Shown here piece by piece: positions 11,006-26,217 of a DNA stretch of 64,000 bases (positions within the stretch are counted from its first letter, which is position 1; every line of letters starts with the position of its first letter). The translations under genes and the position numbers were made by a program. The DNA is from an uncultured Methanoregulaceae archaeon. GTDB taxonomy: Archaea; Halobacteriota; Methanomicrobia; Methanomicrobiales; Methanospirillaceae. Under the pieces are notes generated by a model that did no database searches, was not told where the DNA came from, and was given only the letters and a program-made list of their open reading frames with translations. The stretch is from the NCBI GenBank assembly GCA_963717525.1, contig OY970343.1, positions 2,224,004-2,288,003 on the forward strand, written 5' to 3'.

Positions 11006-12247
11006 TCAGGTCACCGGGTAAATCGGGAACTTCTGTGCCATCCCGGTGACTTCGCCATGGATCTTCCTGATCAGCGTTTCATTCGTGATGTCCTTCACGA
11101 TCGCAGAGATCCATATCCCGATCTGGCGCATCTCTGCCTCTTTCATGCCCCGGGAGGTGACGGCAGGAGTACCTACCCGCAGCCCGCTCGTGACAAACGG
11201 GCTCTTGGTCTCGTTCGGGATCGTGTTCTTGTTGACCGTGATGGCCGCCCTGCCGAGCGCCACTTCCGCCTCAAGGCCGGTCAGGTGCTGGCCGGTGAGA
11301 TCGATGAGCATCAGGTGGTTGTCTGTGCCGCCTGAGACAAGCCGGATCCCGTTGTCCATCAGGGTTTCTGCAAGGACCTTCGCGTTCTTCACGATCTGCC
11401 TGTTGTATTCCTTAAATGAGGGCTTGAGTGCCTCCTCGAAACAGACCGCTTTTGCCGTGATCGTGTGCATCAGGGGACCGCCCTGCATGCCCGGGAAGAC
11501 TGCCTTGTCGATAGCCTGTGCATATTCGTTGTTGCACATGATCGCACCGCCGCGGGGCCCGCGGAGCGTCTTGTGGGTAGTGGTGGTGGTGAAGTTCGTC
11601 ACACCGACAGAGGTCGGGTGGATGCCGGCCGCGACAAGGCCGGCAATGTGGGCGATATCGGCCATGCAGTAGGCGTCGACGTCGTCAGCGATCTCCTGGA
11701 ATGCCTTAAACTCGATGGTACGGGGGTACGCCGAGGCACCACAGACGATAATCTGGGGCTTTTCCTTCTTTGCCATCTCGCCGACAATGCCGTAATCGAG
11801 GGTTTCGGTCTGGGGGTCGACGCCGTACTGGGCGACCTGGTAGAACTTTCCCGTGAAGCTGACCGGCGATCCGTGCGAAAGGTGGCCACCCTGGTTGAGC
11901 TTCATGCTCAAAATCTTCTCTCCCAGCTTCATGTACGCAAAATAAACCGCCATGTTCGCCTGGGTGCCCGAGTGGGGCTGGACGTTTGCATGCTCGGCGC
12001 CGAAGAGTTTTTTCAACCGGTCCCGGGCAAGGTTCTCGGCCATATCATGGAACTCGCACCCGCCATAGTACCGCTTTCCCGGGTAGCCCTCGGCATACTT
12101 GTTGGTCATGATTGACCCCATTGCCTCGAGCACCGCACGGCTGACAATATTCTCGGACGCGATCAGTTCGAGCCCGTTTGTCTGGCGGAGCCGTTCCTTC
12201 TCAATGATATCTGCTATTTCTGGATCAGTTTGGGAAAGATACGACAT
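11006..12247 (-). CDS. glyA: Serine hydroxymethyltransferase (bacterial-like)
   Basis: [35 protein letters not shown]. Confidence 0.98.
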   Translation of the reverse strand: MSYLSQTDPEIADIIEKERLRQTNGLELIASENIVSRAVLEAMGSIMTNKYAEGYPGKRYYGGCEFHDMAENLARDRLKKLFGAEHANVQPHSGTQANMAVYFAYMKLGEKILSMKLNQGGHLSHGSPVSFTGKFYQVAQYGVDPQTETLDYGIVGEMAKKEKPQIIVCGASAYPRTIEFKAFQEIADDVDAYCMADIAHIAGLVAAGIHPTSVGVTNFTTTTTHKTLRGPRGGAIMCNNEYAQAIDKAVFPGMQGGPLMHTITAKAVCFEEALKPSFKEYNRQIVKNAKVLAETLMDNGIRLVSGGTDNHLMLIDLTGQHLTGLEAEVALGRAAITVNKNTIPNETKSPFVTSGLRVGTPAVTSRGMKEAEMRQIGIWISAIVKDITNETLIRKIHGEVTGMAQKFPIYPVT

Positions 12248-12524
12248 ATGGATACACGTTCGTCTGGATCAGGTAATACCTTTTCTTAAGAAGGAGCGCG
12301 AGGGGTGCATGGCTGGCAGGAGTGCCGTCATAAATCCGGATTTTTTATGCATGATCCCTGCCGGAAAAGGCGCGTAGCGCCCGGATCGGGCGGTTATCCG
12401 GGGTCTGAACCCTGTTTTTTGGGTGAAAAGAAGCACAAACCTTTTTTTCTCGTCCGCAGATCACTACTATTATTAATAAGGAGTGCGCCGCACCTGTATA
12501 TATCAGAACATATACGGGTATCGC

Positions 12525-13079
12525 ATGGTGCAACCGGATGCAAAGATCAGGTATCTTGAGTTCGAACTTGATGAAAAGGAGAAAATGGTCAACATGATGG
12601 AAAGTTCAGGAAGCGGTGCAGGTGAGGACCGCGTCGCCGCGCTCGAAAAGAAGGTCAACGAGATGGAAGCACTCGTCAAGGGGCTCACCCAGGAACTCCT
12701 TGACCTCAAGTCCATTGCGATGAAGATGTCCAAGCAGACCGAGGAACGCAGCCGCCAGGAACTCAAACGCATGCCACCGATTGTCCAGGGTGCAACTGCG
12801 TCCGGCAGTGCCGCCGCACCCCAGCAGGGTGGCAGCACGGTTGTGATCCGCAAGGGTGCCCGGGCGGATTCCGAACCCCAGACCCCTGCCGAGCCCGCGA
12901 TGGACATGATCATGCAAACCGACGGGACGATGAAGCTTGAGCCCCGGCGCGGGGAGAAGGACTATATCGTCGCATCGGCAGGCTATGGCCGGAACAAGAA
13001 AGGGGTTTCGGTCAAGCCCAAGCAGAGCGATTTGATCTACGCAGTAGAAGAAGACAAGTCCGATGCAGCAAAGAAGTAA
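12525..13079 (+). CDS. Coiled-coil hypothetical protein directly upstream of smc
   Basis: Heptad repeats DRVAALEKKVNEMEALVKGLTQELLDLK; ends 21 bp before smc start. Confidence 0.8.
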   Translation: MVQPDAKIRYLEFELDEKEKMVNMMESSGSGAGEDRVAALEKKVNEMEALVKGLTQELLDLKSIAMKMSKQTEERSRQELKRMPPIVQGATASGSAAAPQQGGSTVVIRKGARADSEPQTPAEPAMDMIMQTDGTMKLEPRRGEKDYIVASAGYGRNKKGVSVKPKQSDLIYAVEEDKSDAAKK

Positions 13080-13100
13080 GGACGATGGGGAGCCGGATCT

Positions 13101-16100
13101 TTGCACATCACAGAGCTGGAGATAGATAATTTCAAGTCTTTTTCAAAAAAGACAAAAATTCCCTTTTTAGAGGGTTTCACCGTAATATCAGGCCCGAACG
13201 GCTCCGGGAAGAGTAATATCATCGACTCAGTCCTTTTTGTCCTGGCACTTTCGAGTTCCCGCAACCTGCGTGCCGAGAAACTCACCGATCTCATCAACCT
13301 CAACTCCGGGAAAAATACGGCTGAGGTTGCCATCGAGTTTTCCGACGGGACAAAGATCCGGCGCCGGATCAAACGGACCGGCAACGGTTATTACAGCTAC
13401 AACTACCTAAACGACCGGCTCTGCAAGCAGAGCGACATTGTCGACCACCTCGCAAAGTTCGGTATCATCCCGCATGGCTACAACGTCGTGATGCAGGGCG
13501 ACGTGACCCGGATCATGGAGATGAGCGATTTCGAGCGCCGGAAGATCATCGATGAGATCGCCGGCGTCTCCGAGTTCGATACAAAAAAGCAGCAGTCGCT
13601 CTCCGAGCTTGATGTAGTAAGAGAGCGCATCGAGCGCGAAGAACTCCTGCTGATCGAACTTACCAAACGGGCAAACGAGCTGAAAAAAGAGCGCGAACAC
13701 GCGCTCGAATACCAGAAGTGGCAGAAGGAGCTCGGCTTCTACCAGGGGTGCCGGTCCGCCGCCCAGCTCCGCGGCAAGGAGAAGGAGAGGGCTACGCTCC
13801 TTGCGTCTGCCGAAGAACAGAAAATTAAAATCTCCCGGATCGAGGCCGACCGGGGCATCGAGGAGAACGAACTCTCCTACCTCGGGGCCGACCTTGCAGA
13901 TATCGATGAGCTCATCAACAAGAAGAGCGGGCCCGACTACCTGAAGCTGATAGCAGACCTCGAAGAGGCAAAGAGCGGGATCAAGCTCGCGGAGCAGACC
14001 ATTGCACGGCTCAAAAAGGACAAGGAGACAAACCTCGAAGGGATCAACCGGGTCTTCGCGGACACAAAACGGGCCGAGACCCGGGTCGCAGAGCTCTCTG
14101 ACCAGATCCGCACGCTTTCCATCGACCGCACGAACATCGCCATCGAAGTGGCAACCTCAAAAGCGCAGCTCGAAAAGATCGAGACCGAGCTCCACCAGTA
14201 CTCCTCAGACACGGAGGAGGCCCGGCAGAAACTCTTTGCCCTGATGGAGGAGGCGGAAGCAAAGAAGGGGGAGCGCTCCGCGATCCTCCACCAGCAGGAC
14301 ATGCTCATCGAGAAGAGCCGGATGCGCACGAGCGAACTCGAACGCCTGATCGCGCTCCAGAAGCAGCTTGACGAGGAGTATACGGCAAAGCAGGGGCAGC
14401 TTGCGGAGAACGAAGGGGCGGTGGCCGAACTTTTGGACCGGAAAAAGAGATCGACCGGAATCTCTCCGAACTGGAGAGCAGCCTCTTTGCCCAGCGTTCG
14501 TCCCTTGAACGGCTGCGCGGGGAGATGAAGGACACCGAGCAGGATGCGATCCGGCTCGAAGCCGCACAGCAGGCCCGGGGCGAGTCCGGCGGAAAGGCGA
14601 TCGAGGCGGTCAAGGCCATAGAGGGCGTCCATGGCACCATTATGGAGCTGGGCTGTACACCCCCAGAGTACGCGACTGCGCTCAATATCGCTGCGGGAAA
14701 CAAACTCCAGTTTGTCGTCTGCGATACCGACCAGATCGCGGCCGATGCGATCCGGTACTTAAAAGACGAGCGGCTCGGGCGGGTTACGTTCCTCCCGCTC
14801 AACAAGCTCAAACCCCCGCAGCTGCCCCCCATAAAGGAGGCCGGTATCATCGATTACGCGGTCAACCTCCTCGACTACGATCCTGTTTATGACAAGGCAT
14901 TTGCCGTTGCACTTGGGGCAACGGTCGTGGTCGATACGCTCGACCGGGCCCGGAAACTGATCGGGAAGTACCGGATGGTTACTCTCGAGGGAGAACTGCT
15001 GGAGAAGAGCGGGGCGATGACCGGCGGCTCGGCAAAGAAACCGGTGAAGGGTTTCGGGGCCGCCGTTGACGATGAGATCGTCCGGATCCGGTCGCACCTT
15101 GCCGAACTTTCCGGCGAGGCCGCAACGATCGAGGCGGGCGTCAAACGCATGACCGAAGAGGTAGATGGCAAACGGGCGCTCCGTAACGGGATTGACCAGG
15201 ACATGGCCCGGGCCGGGGCACTCACCGAGGAATTTACCCGCAGGTTCGAAGCGATCACGGTCGAGAAGCAGACGATCGAGACGGCGGTCGCCCGGCAGAG
15301 AGAGGAGACGGGCACCAGCGCGGGAGAACTGTCCGCTCTCGAAGGGGAACTCGACAAGATCACCGAAGCGATCAACCTGATCACAGCCCAGATTGACGGT
15401 ATCAAGAAAAAGCTGGACGACACCAATATCCCTGCCCTCACCGACCAGATGGAGAAGAAGAAGAAGGAGATCGAGGAGGCAGAACGGCGCCTCAGGAACA
15501 AGGAGGCGGACATGAACGATGCCTCCCGCGAGCGCCAGCACTTCACCGCCCGGACCGGGGAACTTTCGGAGGAGCGCACCCGGCTGGACGAGCGCAACCG
15601 GCAGATCGATGCGGAGGTGGCCGGGTCAAACGGGCAGATCGATGCCCACAAGGCCGTGATCGCAGAACTCGAGGAGAAACAGAAACAGTTCTCAGGAGAA
15701 CTCGAAGGCCTGCGGAAGAAACGGGCCGACGTGTCCGGCAGCATCCATGCCTCGGAAACAAAACTGATCAAGTTCGACGCGGACAAGGAGCGTTTCACGA
15801 TCCAGCTCACCGCCCTTGAGGAGCGGGCTCAGGCGCTTGCAAACGAGATCGCCGCCCTCGTGGCCATTGTCGGGGAGGTCGAGACCGACCTGACGCTCAC
15901 CGAGATCGAGAGGAAGATCGCTGATGCCGAGCTTGCGCTCCACAAGATCGGCGCCGTCAACATGCTCGCCATCGAGGAGTACGAGAAGATCCAGCGGCAG
16001 GTTGAGGAGCGGACGGAACGAAAAGAGACCCTCTCCAAGGAACGGATGAACCTTATCGATCGCATCGAGAAGTACGAGCAAATGAAGTTCGAGGCATTCA

Positions 16101-16540
16101 TGACCGCATTTAAGGCCATCGATGCCAACTTCCGGGAGATCTTTGCGCGGCTCACGAGCGGGAGCGGGAACCTTGTGCTCGAAAACGAGGAAGACCCCTT
16201 CACCGGCGGGCTCACGTTTGCGGTCAAGCCCCGGGACAAGAAAGTCCACCTCCTCTCATCCCTCTCGGGAGGGGAGAAATCTCTGACCACGCTCGCGTTT
16301 ATCTTCTCCATCCAGCACTACATCCCGGCGCCCTTCTACGCGTTCGACGAGGTGGACATGTCGCTTGACGGTGCGAACGTGGAAAGGATCGCGGGTATGA
16401 TCCAGGAGCTTGCCCCTTCGTCGCAGTTTGTCATCGTCTCGCTGCGTAAGCCCATGATTGAGGCGGCGCAGCGGATCATGGGCGTGACGAGCCGGCCGGA
16501 CAAGAGCACGCTTGTTACCGGAGTCAAGGTCCATGGCTGA
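13101..16540 (+). CDS. smc: Chromosome segregation protein SMC (frameshift in A5 run 14442-14446)
   Basis: Walker A GPNGSGKSN, hinge GRVTFLPL and GAMTGG, signature LSGGEKS, Walker B FDEVD; one extra A joins both ORFs. Confidence 0.95.
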
Positions 16541-17470
16541 ACAGAACGGGAAGCACCGGGTGGATAAGGGTGCAAAGGCAGGAAGGGCCGGCGAACCTGC
16601 CCCGGCAAAGTTCCCCGGGGAGCAGCCCGAAAACGAAGATCCCGACCCGGTCGTCATCACCGGTACCCACGATTCAGCCATGTCTGAAGTCTCTCCCGGG
16701 GCAGCGGACACCCCTGCCGCACCTGCGCCTGAGATTATCGAAGACCCGGTTGAAATTCTCGTCGGTCTTGCGGAAAGGGGCGAGATCGACCCGTGGAACA
16801 TCAACATCATCGAGGTGACCGACCGGTTCCTCTCCGAGCTCGAACGGTGCCGGCAGCTCAACCTCCAGATATCCGGGCGCACCCTCTTCTATGCGGCAAC
16901 TCTCCTGCGCATGAAGTCCGAACAGCTGGACCTTGTGTCAGATGAAGAGGATGATGGTACAGATGGGGAGGGTGAGGACTTCGATTTCGCAGGTGACCTT
17001 GACTTCGAGGACGTGGGAAGGTTCGGGCCCATCGAACGGCTGGAACGGGAGATCCAGCGCCGGCTCGACCGGAAGAGCCTGCGAAAGAGCCCGGTCACCC
17101 TCTTCGAGCTGATCATCGAGCTCAAGAACCTCGAAAAAGAGGAGAGGAGGCGCCGCCGGCTCCCCCGGCCGAGGACGATTTCCTTGTTGAAGCCGACGAT
17201 GTCGTGGGCATCGCCCATGAGGAGGGGTACCAGGACTCGGCCCGGCAGGTCATCGAAGAGTGCCTGGCAAATGCCGACCCGGACGCCGAGATCACGCTCG
17301 CCGAGCTCTGCAGCGATCTCGGCTGGTGCCTTCCCGATGTGTATATCCCGCTGCTCTTTTTAGCGCTGGACGGTCGGTGTTCGATCCGTCAGGAAGAGTT
17401 CTTCGGGGACGTGTACGTACACGCAATGAAGGCGGACGAGGAACAGAACCCGGGCAACACCGTGTCCTGA
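16533..17470 (+). CDS. scpA: Kleisin ScpA (frameshift in C5 run 17162-17166)
   Basis: GEIDPWNINIIEVTDRFL, SGRTLFYAATLLRMKS, C-terminal YIPLLFLA...QEEFFGD. Confidence 0.92.
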
Positions 17471-17570
17471 TGCATTAACCCAGCTGTTTTCAGTATCATC
17501 TTCCCGGTCCTTCCTCAGGAACGAAACCATTACCCCGATGTGCCGCTGGACATCCGGCCTGCTCCCTCCC

Positions 17571-18073
17571 TCATACCAGTGCAGGTATCCCGTTCGCCCA
17601 CGCCTCGACCCGTTTGCGGATCCCGTCATCACTGTAGGACGAGAGGGTCAGCCGGTCCCGGGCGATGGCAAGATAATAGAGCTCACCACCCGGGTCATGG
17701 CATTTCAGGATGACAGAGAAGAGATCGGCATCGGGCAGGTGCCGGACCTTTCCGCCATGCGCTGCACTATTTGCCATGTTCGAGATCACGGCAGCAATGC
17801 CATTCTGGTATCCTTCAAGGGTGGAATACATGTCCTGCCCGCTCCCGATCCTTTTTCCGGCCGTGTGAGGTACACGAACTTTGCGGTGTACATCTCCCGG
17901 ACCCTCTCTACGGGCGGGTGCGCCTTTTTTGCACTCCGGTAGGGAGTGCAGCCGAGCGGATTTTTGAGTACCAGCGACTGGATAATCCCGCTGAACGTTG
18001 TCACGTCCGCAAACGGGTGTTTAAGAAAACGGCCGGCACTCTTTGTGCCGGGCCTCTGGTTGAACTGTGCCAT
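17571..18073 (-). CDS. Hypothetical protein (frameshift near 17866)
   Basis: Two protein-like ORFs (MAQFNQRPG... and ...LKCHDPGGELYYL...VEAWANGIPALV) join if one base is added. Confidence 0.6.
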
Positions 18074-18579
18074 TGAGCCTTACCTCATCATCAGTCTGCC
18101 GCAGCACCTGCGGGACAGGAATGCCGGGTCATTAGCAGGGAGAAGGCACCGGGGCCATATAGTCTTGGTGGTAACATTCACGGGAGCGGGAGGGGGTCGG
18201 GCGGTGTACTTTTATCAGGACATGTGCCAGCCGGAATGCAGTATACTCTGTCGCCAGTTCCGTATTTTTCCGGCGTAAGAATTTCGACAATACGCGATCT
18301 GTTTCCTGCCCCGGATCCGGTCGATACCGGGCAACAGAAACTCAAAAAAGTGGCCCGACCCCCTCCCCACCTTTTCAGGTTCTGATCAACAGAATCTCTG
18401 TTTTATGACGTAAATTACCAGATATTTTCCAAGAATATTCAAAAAATGACGGAAGGGATCGGACGGTGTACTTTGTATCCGGGCCGCTTTGCTCTGGTGC
18501 ACAGGAGGATCCTGCACCTGGGGCTGCTCTCCCGGAAAATCTCGTTATTATTATAAAGTCACGCCGATCAAGATAGAAC

Positions 18580-19389
18580 ATGGATTACGGAGCCATCGTT
18601 TCAGATTCAATAGGGTATACCCGGGCAGCGCTGGTAGGAAGGTGGGTCACGTGGCTCATCTTTATCCTCTGCAGCCTGCCGTTTGCCCTCATCCAGTTCG
18701 TGGTCGATTCAAAGAAGATCACGGCCGTCATGATCGGGGGGACAATCAACTGGGAGGTCTTCCCGTGGCCCCAGCTTATCGTGCTCTGCCTTGCAGGAAT
18801 ACTCCTCATGTTTGTGGTCTCCGGGTACCTGGTCCGGGTCTATCGCAGGACAACACCGCCCCCCGTTTTCGATTCATGGGGCACCCTTTTCCTTGACGGG
18901 ATCAAACTCGTCGTCGTCGGTATCCTCTGGTTTGTTCCGGCCATGATCGTCGTTGCCGCCGCGCTCGCTCTTACCTTCTTCGGCACCCATACCGGAGGTG
19001 CGCCCGTGGGTCCGATGCTAGGCGCCGGGATCCTTCTTTTCCTTATCGGCCTCATCCTGCTGGTGATCGCCATCCTCTACGGCATTCTTGGCAGCGTGCG
19101 CTTCGCCCGCACCGGCAGCATCAGGGAAGGGATCCGATTCTCCGCCATCACCGAGACCATCCAGGCGATTGGCTGGGGTACGTACATCCTCGCGCTGGTA
19201 ATCCTCGTGGTGCTAGCCCTGCTCTTCAGCGTCGTTATCTCGTTGCTTGCCCTGATCCCGCTCGTGGGATGGGTTATCCAGCTCATCCTCAACCCGTTCA
19301 TCTCGATCTTCTCCGCCCGGTTCATGAGCCGGGTCTATGACCACAGCATCCTGCAGGCGCCGGTTCCCGCACTGGCCCCCACCGGGTAA
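18580..19389 (+). CDS. DUF4013-like membrane protein
   Basis: MDYGAIVSDSIGYT, SGYLVRVYR...PPVFDSWGTLFLDGIK, multi-TM. Confidence 0.85.
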   Translation: MDYGAIVSDSIGYTRAALVGRWVTWLIFILCSLPFALIQFVVDSKKITAVMIGGTINWEVFPWPQLIVLCLAGILLMFVVSGYLVRVYRRTTPPPVFDSWGTLFLDGIKLVVVGILWFVPAMIVVAAALALTFFGTHTGGAPVGPMLGAGILLFLIGLILLVIAILYGILGSVRFARTGSIREGIRFSAITETIQAIGWGTYILALVILVVLALLFSVVISLLALIPLVGWVIQLILNPFISIFSARFMSRVYDHSILQAPVPALAPTG

Positions 19390-19784
19390 TTTTTCTGATC
19401 GGGAGGGGTGGTTCGGACAGACCAACCCCCCTCTTGTATGTTTACATCCGCATATTTTCTGTTGAACCGGCTGCCGCTTTCCCTCAGGGCGCAGGGTCGG
19501 GAATGTGGAAGGGGATCTCCTGCGCGACTCGTCCCGGACGGTATGCATGTGGGATCCCGTTTCCTCTCGAATAAGCGGAATTTCAGGTCATTTTATCAAA
19601 ATATCGCGAATCTGCCGGCCGATCCGGGAATGCCTGTCCGGTGGCAGACCGCACGGTCCTGATCGTGTGCCGGAAACAAGAGGATTGAGCCCGGAATCCG
19701 GTTCTTGGCGACGGGGAAAATTATCTGCCCGGTACATACTTGTCCGGGCACAGGATCAGGGATGGGTAAACAAGATGGTTCGAG

Positions 19785-20160
19785 AGGAATCTTTAAATGG
19801 TAATCTGTGGAATAATGTGATCCACAATTCTGATGAAGACCCGACGAAAACCGCCCCTGTGCGGGTATCGGGTCCGAAGGGAAAGGGAGCAGGCAACAAG
19901 GTATAAATAATCCTGTAACCTACATTAAAAGCCCGTGTTTAGATCAAAAACACGACGAAAAACGTGTGATGAAGAACCAACAAAGCCGGCTTCAGTCCGG
20001 GTTTGGTTCCGAATGCAGACAATGCAAGTGACAAGATATAAATAGTCTTGTGACTAACATTATGAGCCCGTGTTCAAGTGAACCAACACGACGAACACAC
20101 GCAAAATTCTTTGATGGAGATCCAACAATACCCGGCGTGACCGGAGTTGGTTCTGACGTT
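19785..20160 (+). promoter_or_regulatory. Three tandem rRNA promoters / 5' ETS repeat modules
   Basis: TATA boxes CTTTAAAT 19791, GTATAAATA 19901, TATAAATA 20037; units 2 and 3 are about 135-bp imperfect direct repeats. Confidence 0.8.
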
Positions 20161-20250
20161 GATACTGGCAATGCGGAAATTTGTTTAGTAACCGCTAATT
20201 CCTCGAAATTAAGGTTCAGATATTAGTGTGCGTACGTATGTACAATTTGA

Positions 20251-21718
<1,468 letters not shown>

Positions 21719-21786
21719 AACGAATTTTATTTCGGGTTAAAGCGGTTACTGGACAAACTGTAAAATTGCCGGTGTCGACAAGAGAA

Positions 21787-21840
21787 GGCTCAGGTGTCTG
21801 GAAGGGGGCACACAATCTGGGTTCGAATCCCAGGGAGCTG
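21787..21840 (+). ncRNA. tRNA-like remnant (T-arm, D-like hairpin, short acceptor stem, no anticodon arm) in the 16S-23S spacer
   Basis: Perfect T-arm CTGGG-TTCGAAT-CCCAG 21817-21833; GGCTC/GAGCT pairing; hairpin GTGTCT-GGAAGG-GGGCAC. Confidence 0.65.
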
Positions 21841-21950
21841 TTTAGATGCACCTCGAGATGCGAATCACGAGGGAAGGGCTGAAAGTCAAACCAATGACTT
21901 TGCGAGGCCGTGTAAAGGTTTGCACTCAGGACGTTAAATGGGTTTAGCGG

Positions 21951-24875
<2,925 letters not shown>

Positions 24876-24960
24876 ACCACGCTAAACCCAGACGAAATTC
24901 TGAGTGCAAACCTTATATCCGATCCAGTCGGTACTGGATAGGGTATCATCCAACACGGTC

Positions 24961-25032
24961 GCCAAGGTGGCGGAGCGGCCACGCGGTTGACTGCAGATCA
25001 ACTACACTCCGGTTCAAATCCGGACCTTGGCT
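24961..25032 (+). tRNA. tRNA-Cys(GCA)
   Basis: Acceptor GCCAAGG/CCTTGGC, anticodon loop CT-GCA-GA, T-loop TTCAAAT. Confidence 0.97.
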
Positions 25033-25121
25033 TGGACCGGTTTCCGGCAACGGAAATCCGGTCTGATGGAGAACGAGCATCTACGTTCTTCGGCTGCAAA
25101 CAAAAAAAGCACATCATGTGG

Positions 25122-25244
25122 TGATAGCGGCCATAGCTGTCGGGAAACACCTGGTCTCATTCCGAACCCAGCAGTTAAGCTGACACACGTAGTATGCTGT
25201 ACCGAGGTACGCGAGTCCCCGGGAACCATACCAAGCTGCTATCA
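25122..25244 (+). rRNA. rrf: 5S rRNA
   Basis: GATAGCGGCCATAGC...CTCATTCCGAACCCAGCAGTTAAGC...GCTGCTATC. Confidence 0.97.
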
Positions 25245-25411
25245 CCTTTCCTTCTTACACGGTAATTCTGTTCTTGTAATGTTTACTCCAAAGAGCGAAT
25301 GCTCTCGTTGTTTCATCGTATCGGTTTACCGGATACCGGCAGGTTCACGACCTCGTATGACACGTATTGTATTCTAACAGGTTTTTCTTGAGTGTTTCCC
25401 TGTCCCCTTTG

Positions 25412-26068
25412 CTATCCTGTGGTATTGCCCCGTATTTTTCCCTGCACTGGTGGCATATTCTCCTCGGTCTGTTTCGCCGGGCAGAAATTGCAGATGGAGA
25501 AGAAGACCTCTTTCTCCCGGTCCCGGATCAGGCAGTAATAGGTCCCGTTCCGGTCCTCAACCGAAAAGCCCCCCGGGAACGGCATACCGACGGGATGGCC
25601 CGGCTGCCCGAGAACAAACATCGTGAATGCAGCCATGAGATAATAGAAGAGCCGGTGTTTCGGGGTGTAGTGAAACGGTGTCCGCTCTGCCTGTTCGTCC
25701 CAGGTAAAGCACCCCTCGGGGATCATCGCGCAGAACTTATCGAAGGTTTCGCGGTCCCGGATCGGATCATGCTCCTTCCGGAACGCGCCGGAGCGGAACA
25801 TCAGGAGGAGACGGTGGTGCGCACCGAAGATCTGATCCTGGAAGAACGGGCGGACCCGGCGCCGGTAGGGTTCGGGCAGGGCGTCCACCTCAAGGAAGAG
25901 ACGGCCGCCGATCACCTGGAGATCGGCAAGTGAATACATGCCCGCTTCCCGGGCGACAATTTCAGCCAGTTCTCCTTTTGTTCTCGCTGTTGCAAGCCGG
26001 CATGCTGTAGCTGCGATCTCCGCTTTTTCTTCGGGTGAGATGATCTCGCTGGCCGTCATTGCATTCAT
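25412..26068 (-). CDS. DUF2115/UPF0305 family protein
   Basis: PGHPVGMPFPGG...YYCLIRDRE...ICNFCPAKQ. Confidence 0.9.
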   Translation of the reverse strand: MNAMTASEIISPEEKAEIAATACRLATARTKGELAEIVAREAGMYSLADLQVIGGRLFLEVDALPEPYRRRVRPFFQDQIFGAHHRLLLMFRSGAFRKEHDPIRDRETFDKFCAMIPEGCFTWDEQAERTPFHYTPKHRLFYYLMAAFTMFVLGQPGHPVGMPFPGGFSVEDRNGTYYCLIRDREKEVFFSICNFCPAKQTEENMPPVQGKIRGNTTG

Positions 26069-26217
26069 GTTCCGGGCTGGTGTAACTGTGGTACCGTGGG
26101 AGCCGGCACCATATTATCCTGCCCGATCCGGTGCATCGCACCCCTTTTAAGGTTCATCCTCCAGCCCATCACCCACCGACATCTTAACCATTGACAGAGG
26201 CAAACAGCTGAACAGGT

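Noticed and set aside
12290..12445. Hairpins upstream of glyA as a THF/ZTP-type riboswitch
   Set aside because: Stems exist (GGCAGG/CCTGCC, GCCCG/CGGGC) but match no consensus I recognise, and a promoter-like GAAAAGGTATTA ~30 bp before the ATG suggests a leaderless mRNA
14440..17170. Programmed frameshifting in both smc and scpA
   Set aside because: Both are 1-base losses in short homopolymers, in a window with many similar indels; assembly error is simpler
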